From: an uncultured delta proteobacterium
GTDB lineage: Bacteria > Desulfobacterota > Desulfobacteria > Desulfobacterales > JAFDCJ01
Reading direction: 5' to 3'
Assembly (NCBI GenBank): GCA_963769935.1
Contig: CAVYNY010000022.1
Span: 512,001-576,000, forward strand
Length of the DNA stretch: 64,000 nucleotides
The stretch's first letter is position 1. Each line of letters begins with the position of its first letter. Of the stretch, positions 9,206 through 19,348 are shown one piece after another. Made by a program: the position numbers and the translations under genes. The notes below the pieces were generated by a model. That model was not told where the DNA came from, ran no database searches, and saw nothing but the letters and a program-made list of their open reading frames with translations.

Positions 9206-12200
9206 TTAACGCCCGTCGGAGGCCAGCAGGCGGGCGAAGGCTTCGGTAATCGAATCGATTGATTTCACCGGATTGCCTAAATCAAGCCGCACGGGGTCAA
9301 GCAGACGGGACTTGCCTGCATATTGCATCATTACATAGGCTTCCACGGATGGCGCTGTGAACACAATCGGCAGGTCCAGCCGCACCGACTCGATTCGGGG
9401 GATTTGTTTGTCCAGGTTCAGGACCACCTCATCAAGGCCCTGCCGGATCTTGTCTTTCACCGCATAGTCGGCCCCGGCGGCTTGAGCCTGGCTCCAGCTT
9501 GCCGGCAGCCTGCCGATGGCGCTCTGGAGGTCCTGCAATTGGTTGCGGAAGGGCTTTACCGGATCCGGAATCGTGATCGTTTTGGAGAAGGTTTTTCCGA
9601 CGGTCTTGCGGTAGGTATACTTTATGTCGCCCATATCAATGACGGCCTGCAGCATTTGCTGCAGCAGCGCGCGGGTCTGGGCGTTCCGGGCGGTTTCGTC
9701 GCCGCCGGTGATATTATTCAGTCCATCCTCCAATCGTTTAATGCGGGGCGCAAAGTGCTGCTGAAAGAACGCCTGTGCCGCCTTTCTGATGTCCGATTCT
9801 TTGACGGCCAGCTTCTGCCACCATGTCAGCCCCCGATAGGCGCTTTTGACCCGTGCCGTGATAATTCCCGGTATTGTCGCAGTTCTTAAGTCTTTCAAGT
9901 AGCCCGGCAGTTTGCGGCGCAAATCATTAAATCCTCCGATGTTGCTTTGAAAGTCGGCCAGCGCCTGATTCATGATGTTTTGAGCGTCGGCGGCAGCCCG
10001 GTCGATTTCGCCCTGATACCTTTCTATTGATAAGCCGAGTTTGGCGTTCAGGCCGCTCACGTCATCCAGTCGGGCCCGGGCACCTAGCGGGGTCGGCTTG
10101 TCGACATCCAAATACAGTACAACTTCCGCGCAGTGGGTACCGAACAAGCCGGCGGTACCGACCCCGATCTCAAATCCGGTACCGTTAAAACGCGCAAAAA
10201 TGTCCGTTGCGCCCGTGGGGGTCTGCCCCTTGGCGTAGCCCCAGGAGAATGTGCCTTTGAGATAGACTTGATCCTGCCCGATATAAAAATCGCCGGCCAG
10301 GACCGCTGCATCGAGCAACCGGAGTTCGGCTTCCAGCTCGAAACTGTGATCGGTAACGGTGATAGTCTGCGTGGAGCCGATGAGCTCGGTCTTGTCAAAC
10401 GTGAGGCTGCAATCTCCTTCGACGGTGGTCACGCCTTGCTGACTGACCTTGACCAGGCCGCACAATCTGAGCGATATCCGGCCGGCAATGCGGCCATCCA
10501 TCATCAACCTGGTCGCAAAGCCGCCGCCGCCGGTCACGGCCATGCCGAAATTGGTCCCGTATTCAAGAATGCCAGCCAGGCCGCCCCGGGCCATCAGCAG
10601 GACGATAAAACCCTTGTCGTAGGCGGGCCCGCTTTTGGCCGGCAGATTATCCAGCACGGCATCGGCATTGAGTTCACCCAGCAGCTTTTGCGCGTCTTTG
10701 TCAGGGACGATTTTGTTCCTGAACTCATCTTCGGTGGTGATACACCAGCCCAGTGCGGCTTCAAATCTGAGCGGACCAAACGCGGCGCCGCCTTTTTGCG
10801 ACCCGATGCGAATGAATCCATCGGTCTGCGGGTTCCGCAGGGGTATGGCCTGAATCAGGTATCCGGCGTTGCCGAATTTCATGGCATCGAGGAAGCATTT
10901 TATGCCGTAGGCCAGGTCCATGGTCGGCAGTGCCTTTTGCAAGCCGAGCACAGCGCCGCCGAGATAGTCGGGCAGAGCTATATAGTTGGGGCCGATCGTC
11001 AGGTCCAACGCGAAATTTTTCTCGTTGGGCGGATCGTGCAGCTTAGCGTCAGGATTGCTGAAAAACGGGATCAGACTGCCGATCACGGCGAACAGATTGG
11101 ATTGTTCCTGCAAGTGCCAATCTGCCAACAACCTAAACCCGGTCCAGGCTTGATAGTTCCAGTTGAGGGTGTCGTAAGTCAACGGGATCGGCACCGGCAG
11201 CGCGGGCCAAAGGACAAGCGTGGTCTCGCCCAGGGTAATCTCATTTTTGAGGCCGCGGGCCTGCTCTTGGGCGATGATCCCGGTACCGGCGACTACCAGG
11301 CTGATCAGATCGAACTGATCGATGACGCCGTCGATTTTGACCAATACCGCTCCGCCGACAGTCTGCCCGACATCCAGGCTGCGCAAGGTCACACCCAGAA
11401 ACCCCGGCGGTACACCGGCAAACCAGGGCAGCATGACTTTGAGCGGATGCCCATCGTCCGTATGCAGGCCGATGATCGGGCCGCCGCCGGGTGAAGCGCC
11501 GAATTTCAGCCTCAGCTCTTTAATGTCCGGTATCTGCAGATAGCCTTCGAAGTCCGCCGGCAGCCGGTCAATGATCATTTTGAATTGCTTCGACAGCGTC
11601 TCAAAGTCCGCCAGGGGCTCGGCGAGAAGTTTGTCTTTTTTAATCTGCGCGACTGTATTCCGGCCGAGAAATTTCTCCAGTGATCCCGCCAGATCGGTAA
11701 AATCGAAGACTTCCACCGGCACGCTTTCGGGAAGGTAGCCCAATAGGCTCGAAGGAAAATCAAGCCGGCCGAGAATATACTTGACGGGCATTAAGGGAAG
11801 CTTGAGCGGGCTCGGCAGTTCTACGCCGGACGTGCCGATCCAGGCATCCCCTTCGAACGTGAGCGTCGGTATGTCTACCCGGAAAATACCAAATTCCCCG
11901 AAGTTCCAGTCCAGGAAGTCCCCTTTGGCGTCGGTTTTATAATTGAGCGCCCTGAAAGGTGAGGTGCCATTGGCAAGCGCCAGCGAAAGTCCTTTGCCCA
12001 GCGACAGCGCCAGATCGAAATCGGGATTTAAAAATTCGAAATTCGGCTTGCCGGTGTTGGGATCGGTCCCCAAAAAATAGTTGAGCTGCGGGGGCAACTC
12101 CACATGCAGGGTGCCCCGGATCTCGGGCGCTTCTCCCAGACTGGCGCCGATCTTAGTGATACTGATCTTCGGCAAAAATTCCCGGCCTTCGACTTCGGCC

Positions 12201-14518
12201 GAGAACATGCGGCACTCGGGCGCCAGCGGCGTGGCCAGGATGCAGTCGAAAAATATGCCCTTGTTGCTGACCCTCAGCCGGCCGTCCGGCAGGTCGGCGG
12301 GAAAATAATTCCGGACCAATTCCGGAATATCATGCAGCGCGCCGCGGGCGTTCGTCGTCAAAGACCAGGTCTTACTACTGCTGTCAACCTCTACTCGAAT
12401 CCCGGATAAGGCGAGTTCGAAAACAGGCTGGTGTCCGGCGAGCGGATTCAGAGACACCCGCATCGGGCTTGGCTCGCGAAAGATAAATCCGAGCCTGTTA
12501 TTTTCATCGTCCGAAGATAGCTGGAGGTCGAAATCAGACGCGAACAAGGACCGCCCGATCGTGATCCGCCCGGATCCGGCGACGGCAATCCCTAAACTGG
12601 ATTGGCCGTCGTCGCGGACCGCTTGCGCCAGCGATATTGTGAAACTGGACAGGCTCAATGAAGCCGTATCGTCTATGGATAACAACACCGGTGCCGGCGT
12701 CGCGCTCCAAGAGAAACTCATCGTCCGGCTTGCATCGCCAACCGAGAAGTCCGCCGCAAGGTTCATATCGTAGTCAAAAAGCTGCGCGGCGAGATTTCCC
12801 CGGGCCTGCCATTGGCCGCCGGCGGCGAGCTCAAACCTCAGTGAAAAATCACCGAATGCAAGGCCTTGCGCCGGCTGTCCGGGGCCTTGGCCGGTAAGCT
12901 GGATGAAACCGTCGATTTCACTCTCGGCATTTTTCCGGCTAAGCCCGATGGTGACATCGGTAATATTCATGCCGCCGCCGGCCGGAAACTCCCATGTCCC
13001 GGATGACCGGCCGCTGATGGAAAACGCGCCGGTCGCAGGTGCGGCGGTCAGCCCCACATCGAAGAGCTCGGCGTCCGGCAGGGCGGTGGGAAGAGAGATC
13101 CCGGTTAGAAACTCCCTGACGAGCACCGCCAAATTTATATGTGGGATGACACCGCTGAAGGCAACCGCATCAGACAGCTCAGCGCTTATTGCGACCTCAA
13201 CGCCTTGCACCTTCGCGAGGCCGCTCACGCTTGCAGCTGTCGTCGCACGTTGGCCGGCGCCCGTGTGAGCGAGCTGCAGCGCCATGTTGCCGATCGTTAA
13301 TTTGGCCGCGCCCAGGTCAATCTCCCAGGCATCGGCGACTTCACCATACACCGTCAGACTCCCGGCTCCGATATCGGCGGAAACTGCGAAGCCGGAAATC
13401 TTCAGGCTGGGCAGCCAAGGCGCTTCGGCCCAGAAATGTTTGATCAGGCCGGCAACATCAATCTGACCGCGGGTCAACTGGCCCGAAAGACGAAACCCTG
13501 GGATCCCGATAAACACCTCGACCGTGGTACCGGCTATCTGCACGGCACCGGAAACCGAAACCAAAGCGGGAACGCCGGACTCGGCATCAAAGCTGATCTC
13601 TACGCCGGTGATGGCGAATCCGTCCAATCCCAGGTTTTTAATCGTCTGTTGAAATGTTGGGCTCATATCTGCCGCGCCAACCAGGGCCGCCAAATCATCA
13701 AGGGCCGGCAAGCCTTGGCCGGTGTCCGGCAGAATTTCGGCAACGGCGTCACCGATACCGCCCAGGTTGCGAAAAGCCACGACATAGCCGCCGCTGCCGA
13801 TACGTACGTCGGCCCGCAAACTGAAAGCCAAGCCGGATTGCGGCGTCTTGGTCGACGATGCGCAGTGCATCACGGATATGCCGGCGGAACGCAGATTCAC
13901 GGCGGGCAGACCCTGCAAGATCGTTAGCCGGCCTGCCAGGGCCAGTTCGCATGAGAGATAGCATTGGGGTTCCGAGCCCAGGCCGAGCTCCAAAGTAAAA
14001 TCTTCGATGGCGGTTGGGTCTGCGACAGGCAGTCCGATACGCTGCAGCGTTAACCAGGCGGATGCGCTCGACCCACCGGCCCATGCTACCAGTTGCGTCA
14101 GGCCGACATGCTGCTTTTCATCTGTCACCCTCAAGACCCAGGTGTCCTGCTCTGAAAGGCTGCCTCGGACAGGCCAGCGGGACCCGCCGACAGTAATTGC
14201 CCCATCTAGTTGAGCATCGACCTTGAGAGCCGTATCTGCCGCTTCCGTAATAATCAGGCTGACAGCGGTTGGTTTTAAACCTGATTCCGAAATCCCCGGC
14301 ATGGGCCAACTTCCGTCGATACTTCCGCTTACGCAAAGAACCGGCGGCGCCGATTTCTCGTCCAATACCAACTCAGCCTGATGGATCACGAGCTGCGGTT
14401 CGGGCAGGTCGTCCAAAACATACAGGATTTCTGCGGGCACCCCCGAGTTCTTATTCAGCGTGAGTGTACGATCTTCAGTGCTGTTTGCCAGGTTGCGATA
14501 GAGTTGCTGCAGGCTCAT
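9206..14518 (-). CDS. 1770-aa hypothetical protein, beta-rich with a helical segment near the C-terminus
   Basis: Uninterrupted 5.3-kb ORF; alternating hydrophobic strands; no signal peptide or known catalytic motif seen. Confidence 0.85.
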   Translation of the reverse strand: MSLQQLYRNLANSTEDRTLTLNKNSGVPAEILYVLDDLPEPQLVIHQAELVLDEKSAPPVLCVSGSIDGSWPMPGISESGLKPTAVSLIITEAADTALKVDAQLDGAITVGGSRWPVRGSLSEQDTWVLRVTDEKQHVGLTQLVAWAGGSSASAWLTLQRIGLPVADPTAIEDFTLELGLGSEPQCYLSCELALAGRLTILQGLPAVNLRSAGISVMHCASSTKTPQSGLAFSLRADVRIGSGGYVVAFRNLGGIGDAVAEILPDTGQGLPALDDLAALVGAADMSPTFQQTIKNLGLDGFAITGVEISFDAESGVPALVSVSGAVQIAGTTVEVFIGIPGFRLSGQLTRGQIDVAGLIKHFWAEAPWLPSLKISGFAVSADIGAGSLTVYGEVADAWEIDLGAAKLTIGNMALQLAHTGAGQRATTAASVSGLAKVQGVEVAISAELSDAVAFSGVIPHINLAVLVREFLTGISLPTALPDAELFDVGLTAAPATGAFSISGRSSGTWEFPAGGGMNITDVTIGLSRKNAESEIDGFIQLTGQGPGQPAQGLAFGDFSLRFELAAGGQWQARGNLAAQLFDYDMNLAADFSVGDASRTMSFSWSATPAPVLLSIDDTASLSLSSFTISLAQAVRDDGQSSLGIAVAGSGRITIGRSLFASDFDLQLSSDDENNRLGFIFREPSPMRVSLNPLAGHQPVFELALSGIRVEVDSSSKTWSLTTNARGALHDIPELVRNYFPADLPDGRLRVSNKGIFFDCILATPLAPECRMFSAEVEGREFLPKISITKIGASLGEAPEIRGTLHVELPPQLNYFLGTDPNTGKPNFEFLNPDFDLALSLGKGLSLALANGTSPFRALNYKTDAKGDFLDWNFGEFGIFRVDIPTLTFEGDAWIGTSGVELPSPLKLPLMPVKYILGRLDFPSSLLGYLPESVPVEVFDFTDLAGSLEKFLGRNTVAQIKKDKLLAEPLADFETLSKQFKMIIDRLPADFEGYLQIPDIKELRLKFGASPGGGPIIGLHTDDGHPLKVMLPWFAGVPPGFLGVTLRSLDVGQTVGGAVLVKIDGVIDQFDLISLVVAGTGIIAQEQARGLKNEITLGETTLVLWPALPVPIPLTYDTLNWNYQAWTGFRLLADWHLQEQSNLFAVIGSLIPFFSNPDAKLHDPPNEKNFALDLTIGPNYIALPDYLGGAVLGLQKALPTMDLAYGIKCFLDAMKFGNAGYLIQAIPLRNPQTDGFIRIGSQKGGAAFGPLRFEAALGWCITTEDEFRNKIVPDKDAQKLLGELNADAVLDNLPAKSGPAYDKGFIVLLMARGGLAGILEYGTNFGMAVTGGGGFATRLMMDGRIAGRISLRLCGLVKVSQQGVTTVEGDCSLTFDKTELIGSTQTITVTDHSFELEAELRLLDAAVLAGDFYIGQDQVYLKGTFSWGYAKGQTPTGATDIFARFNGTGFEIGVGTAGLFGTHCAEVVLYLDVDKPTPLGARARLDDVSGLNAKLGLSIERYQGEIDRAAADAQNIMNQALADFQSNIGGFNDLRRKLPGYLKDLRTATIPGIITARVKSAYRGLTWWQKLAVKESDIRKAAQAFFQQHFAPRIKRLEDGLNNITGGDETARNAQTRALLQQMLQAVIDMGDIKYTYRKTVGKTFSKTITIPDPVKPFRNQLQDLQSAIGRLPASWSQAQAAGADYAVKDKIRQGLDEVVLNLDKQIPRIESVRLDLPIVFTAPSVEAYVMMQYAGKSRLLDPVRLDLGNPVKSIDSITEAFARLLASDGR

Positions 14519-14631
14519 GCGAACACCCTTGACTTTCGGATACTGCCGGCATCAGGCCATGACCGGACAGCGCAAGGATGGGATTAGCCTTATGCCGCGA
14601 TCGTATCGCCCGGATCGTCCGATGCGTCGGT

Positions 14632-15651
14632 TTATACAGCTTTGACCGTTTGGGCCAGCCATCCTTTGTACCATTCTTTCTCTTTCTTGTTCGGGTCATT
14701 AATTTTAGAACTGATACAATCCACATCCATCCCGGCATCGAGCGCAGGTCTAGAAAGCTGTTGATTTTCCGGAATCGTTTTTCGCAAATCAGCGTCAAAC
14801 ATAGGAAGAAGTTTTTCCAGGCTATTCATGTCATCGCCGTAAAAAGCCCTGACACAAATCTCCAATCCCTGCCGGCGACTCTTGACTTGATCGTTTGGCG
14901 GCGTATCGCATAGGCGCACCGCTTGTTCGACGAGGGCTTTTACTGCTTTGAACTGCTCTTCGTACTGCGGAAAAACCCCAATTTCGAGATTGTAAGGTTT
15001 GGCAGCGCCAAACAGGATTGCGAAATACTCGGCGAAGCCTTCGGCAAAAAAAGAGCTTGCGGACAAATTGCCGCGGCTTTCAAATGCATGAAAAATTTCG
15101 TGAAAGAGCGCATCGCGAAAGCCCTGTTGATGGGTATTGAGGAAGATCCCGTCGTCAGTATTGAACAATCCTATGGATTCATTGAAGATAACCTCGGCGA
15201 CATATTCTTCGAAGATCCAGTACTGCCAGCGAGACGGCCATCGCGAGGCATCCCCGTCGTAAAACCCCTGATAGATGCTCTTTTCGGTAAACTCTTTAAA
15301 CCCGCCCGGTATGCTCAGCCGGCCCCAGGTATCGATCCATCTATTCCATACCTGCGAGACGACAATACGGATGGACTTGTCTCCGATTTCGCGCACGAAT
15401 CGATAGGGATTTCCAAGCAGAAAAATAGAGGGACATTTATCCGCAGGATCTTTTTGGTAGCGGGGTCCTTCGTAATACTTTAATGCCGGCGCTTTGGTCA
15501 CCCCATAGCGGCTCAAAAAGGTCCTGGCATTTTTGACAAAGGTGCGTGGGTCGATGCCTTCGAGTTTGCCGAGCTCTTCAATCAAGGGGTAGGGGCTTGC
15601 CGCCGGCAAGTTGGCTGCTTTTTTAAATTCGAACTTCGTGCCCCCGTACAT
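14632..15651 (-). CDS. Putative gluzincin-type zinc metallopeptidase
   Basis: LFHEIFHAFE (HExxH) followed by FAEGFAEYFA; AGAGG-type RBS upstream. Confidence 0.7.
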   Translation of the reverse strand: MYGGTKFEFKKAANLPAASPYPLIEELGKLEGIDPRTFVKNARTFLSRYGVTKAPALKYYEGPRYQKDPADKCPSIFLLGNPYRFVREIGDKSIRIVVSQVWNRWIDTWGRLSIPGGFKEFTEKSIYQGFYDGDASRWPSRWQYWIFEEYVAEVIFNESIGLFNTDDGIFLNTHQQGFRDALFHEIFHAFESRGNLSASSFFAEGFAEYFAILFGAAKPYNLEIGVFPQYEEQFKAVKALVEQAVRLCDTPPNDQVKSRRQGLEICVRAFYGDDMNSLEKLLPMFDADLRKTIPENQQLSRPALDAGMDVDCISSKINDPNKKEKEWYKGWLAQTVKAV

Positions 15652-15942
15652 CGTCCACGTACCTCTTTATGCTTGAAATCAGCAGCAAATTCGGCCCCTT
15701 CCGGGGCTGATTTTTATCTGCGATTATACGGATAAACTCGCTGTATCGGCATCCGCCGGTCTCGTATTTCTTTAATTTCTTCAGTGTGCCGGATTATTTT
15801 GCCATCTGTTTTTTTTGAAGCATTTAAATATATTTCCCCGTCTAGCCGATGTCAATTTACTATTGATTCAAGCATTTTTCCGAATCGAAGATGGAAAAAA
15901 CAGCAAATCGAGCTGCCGGCGAGCCGGTTTGCAACATTTTTA

Positions 15943-17035
15943 TCATTCCTTGTCAATGATGGCGGGTTCTCCGTTTTGTTCGTCGGCGGACACCCATGTC
16001 TTCAAAAGGGTATAGGCGACTGCCAGCACCACCGGCCCGATGAAGAGCCCGATGATGCCGAATGCTATCAGGCCGCCGATAACACCGGCAAAAATCAGCA
16101 GCAGCGGCAGGTCGGCCCCTCTCCTGATCAGTGCCGGCCGCAAAAAGTTATCCAGGATAACGACGGGCAGCGACCAGATCAGCAGGACAGTCCCCCCGAA
16201 GGTATCGCCCCTCCAGTACAGCAAGATGATTGAGGGCACCAGCACTAGGCCCGGGCCGAGCTGGGCCACGCAGAGTATAAACATAACGGCTGTAAGGACG
16301 GCGGCCGCCGGCACGCCGGCGACGGCCAACCCAATTCCGCCAAGGACGGCTTGGATGATGGCCGTGAGGGCGACACCGAGAGCCACCCCCCGGACAGCCT
16401 TGGCGGCGAGAACGGCAGCCTCCTCTCCCTTTTGCCCCGCCAGGCGGCGGGCAAAACTTTTTACGCCGGTTGCCGCTGCATCGCCATTGGCATACAGGAT
16501 GGCTGCAATAACCACTGTCAGCAGGAATTGGAGAATCATCATCCCGGCACTGCCGGCCTGGGAAACGAACCAGCCTACGACCTTGCCCGCATAAGGTGCA
16601 AGCCGCGCGGACAGGTCCTCCGGACGGAGTGCAGCGAGATCCTGCCAGCGATCAACAAGTTTTGCGCCGATCAGCGGGATGCCCGCAATCCACTGCGGTG
16701 GCGGCGGAACGGTAATGGATGCCAGCGACTTGACCCAGCCCACGATTTCATCCGCCTTGTCAACGATGGTGACAACGGCGAGCGAGAAAGGCACGACCAG
16801 CACCAGCAGCAGCACCCCCGTCATTACCGCCGCGGCAAACCTGCGTTTGCCCCAAAGAAGTTTCTGCAGGTCCAGCAGAAGGGGCCAAAGTGGCCACGAC
16901 GATCGTGGCTGCCCAGACAAACGGGGTGAGGAAGGGGTGAACCAGCCAGAAGCTGGCCAGGATAAGTACGCTGATAAACAGTACCGCCAGAGTCGTGCGG
17001 GTGACATCAAATGGGGCGCTGATCTTTATATTCAT
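15943..17035 (-). CDS. ydiK: AI-2E family transporter (YdiK-like), frameshift near 16890
   Basis: N-terminus in ORF 16760-17035 (DVTRTTLAVLFI..VWAATIVVAT); C-terminus DNFLRPALIRRGADLP..GLFIGP. Confidence 0.8.
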
Positions 17036-17667
17036 TATCGGTTACCCCCTCTCATTTTTCCACTATTCCAATATTTCATGGGTTACTTGACGGACAAAAC
17101 CACCTCGCTCTCCGAGCTGTAAGCTCTACGAGCCGGAAGCTGGGATGAAGTCAAAGTCTGGCCCTCGGGGTCAGGTTGCTTCATTTTCTTATATTTTTTT
17201 CTTTTCAATTCAATCTATCTGCTTGCGTATAAAGAAACATAGCGGTAATTAGACACCTGATATCGTTATTTTTCAGGGCGGAGTAATTAGCCGCTATTTA
17301 ATCATTGCGCATGTAAAACTGTTTCTTTTAGAAAGATTAGCCACGGAGCCATCCGGCAATTTTTTCCTCGGCGCCGCCGGCCGGATAAGATCGGATAAAA
17401 GCTGTCATTACTTCTACCGATTTCAATATCAATTATGATTTATTTAATCAATCCCGGTTCGGGAATATAAGCAAATACCGGAAAAAAAGACAGCTGGTGC
17501 AATCATGGCGAATATGTCACAACCCGGAAGCAGGATGCTTTAATCTCCATTAGGGTCTAACTCCCCGCCGCCTGCTGCGATAGAATCGACAACGTCATTT
17601 GACAGATAACACGCAGACTGCCGGGAGGAGGCTCATTGGGACGGTTCAGCAGGAAAGGTAGCAATCC

Positions 17668-18492
17668 ATGCCGGTTATTTTTATCTCACGGGGGACCATG
17701 TCCGGTGTTCGTTTGCTGGTGGACTGCCTTCGCAATCGCACGGGAATTCGCTGCATTTCTCGTGAAGATCTGGAAAAAATAGTCAATCGACAGGGGGAGC
17801 TGGCCACACGGGTCCTGGAAAAGCTCGCCAAGGCCACCTCGGCTTACGACCAATTCAGCGAACTGCGATGGCCGTATATGGTACTCATGCGCGAAGCGCT
17901 GCTGGAGGAAATCCGAGCCGATAATATATTGTATCACGGATATTCAGGTCATCTGCTTTTGCCGGTCCTCCGACATTTTGTCAGAGTCCGCATCGAAGCG
18001 CCGTTCGACCTGCGGGTTAAAATGACCATGCAGCGGTTGGAATGCGACGAGACGAAGGCTCGCGATTACATTTTTGAAGCCGACGATCATCGTGTCAGGT
18101 GGGCGAGATTCATGTATGGCCAGGATATATGCAATACCCTGCTCTATGATCTCCACTTGAACCAGGAGCGTGTGACGATGGAGACGGCGTGCGGTATCCT
18201 CGAACACATCATGGCTGCCAAAGATTTTCAAGCCTCCATCGAGTCTCAAAGCGAGGTGGAGCGGCTGTACCTGGCGGTCCGCGTCGAAGCGGCCCTGGTC
18301 ACCGACCCGCGTACGCAGGCCTTCGAAATAAGCGCTGCAGTCCAAAACAACGGAATTCGCCTGACGGGACCCTATCTCGATGACGCGGAGCTTGCGGCGG
18401 TTAAAGAGATCGCCCTGAGGGTTGCCGGGGTCGAAAAGGTGCAATACAGCCCGGGCTATGCTTCCAAGCTTGAGTTAAACAATTATTACTGA
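17668..18492 (+). CDS. Cytidylate kinase-like family protein with BON-like C-terminus
   Basis: VIFISRGTMSG, FVRVRIEAPFDLRV, YDLHLN; C-terminal VEAALVTDP..IRLTG..VAGVEKV. Confidence 0.75.
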   Translation: MPVIFISRGTMSGVRLLVDCLRNRTGIRCISREDLEKIVNRQGELATRVLEKLAKATSAYDQFSELRWPYMVLMREALLEEIRADNILYHGYSGHLLLPVLRHFVRVRIEAPFDLRVKMTMQRLECDETKARDYIFEADDHRVRWARFMYGQDICNTLLYDLHLNQERVTMETACGILEHIMAAKDFQASIESQSEVERLYLAVRVEAALVTDPRTQAFEISAAVQNNGIRLTGPYLDDAELAAVKEIALRVAGVEKVQYSPGYASKLELNNYY

Positions 18493-18506
18493 AGAAGGAG
18501 CATGCA

Positions 18507-19217
18507 ATGGATGAAGACACCTTTCGAGAGAAGATTGCTGCTGTTTTGGATGATATCCACTTGCAGCTGGTCCGGTCGCTGAATTTTCAGGCAGAAGGCA
18601 CCGAGATCGACAGGAACATACGTGATTTGGAAAAACAGCACACTGAAGCGGCCTCGGGTTTGCTGGAATCTACCGCTGTAACCAATACACTCGCCGGGCA
18701 GCGAACCGACATGGCCAAGGAGCGCACCGCGCTCGTCCGTGAACAAACCCGCCTTTCCACGAAATCCACGGAGCTCGCCACCATTCGCACCGAGATGTCG
18801 CGCGAGCGATCCTCTCTGGCAGGTCAAAGGACGGACCTGGCGGTTTTGCGTACCGATTTCTCACGGTCCCGGACAAGTTTGGCCGATCAGCGCACAAAGA
18901 TGGCCGGCAATCGCACCCGGTTTTCGGAGAAGCGCACCAGACTGGCGGGCACGCGCACGATTTTTTCTAATATGCGCACGGAACTGGCTCACGGCAGGAC
19001 CTATTTAGCGCTCGTTCGCACCGGCTTGACCTTTTTGACACTGAGCATCGCGTTGTTTCGCATGTTCGGCCTTTCCTGGTGGTCTGTGTTCGACGGCGTC
19101 CTGGCGCTTGGGAGTCTGACCATGACCGTGGTTGGATTGACGGGTTATTGGCATTCGTTTCGTGCCGTGAGGGCCCTCGAAGGCAGGGTTTCTGGTGATG
19201 AAGAGGCGGCGGCCTGA
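18507..19217 (+). CDS. DUF202/YidH-like membrane protein with expanded heptad stalk
   Basis: RTYLALVRTGL plus 2 TMs, preceded by a run of xLAxxRT-like heptads. Confidence 0.75.
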   Translation: MDEDTFREKIAAVLDDIHLQLVRSLNFQAEGTEIDRNIRDLEKQHTEAASGLLESTAVTNTLAGQRTDMAKERTALVREQTRLSTKSTELATIRTEMSRERSSLAGQRTDLAVLRTDFSRSRTSLADQRTKMAGNRTRFSEKRTRLAGTRTIFSNMRTELAHGRTYLALVRTGLTFLTLSIALFRMFGLSWWSVFDGVLALGSLTMTVVGLTGYWHSFRAVRALEGRVSGDEEAAA

Positions 19218-19348
19218 CCAAGCGGCAATTTTCGTCTGATGATTTTCATTACAACGGCTAAATTCAAGAAAATATTTTATGCAACTTTAGGCTTTATTGA
19301 AGAATACCAGCCCGACCTGCGGACCGTAAGGGCAACGGACAGGATTCT

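Noticed and set aside
10133..11494. 453-aa plus-strand ORF inside the giant gene
   Set aside because: Antisense shadow frame with no recognisable features
17040..17660. Riboswitch in the long intergenic region
   Set aside because: Some hairpins, but no riboswitch consensus I can recognise by eye
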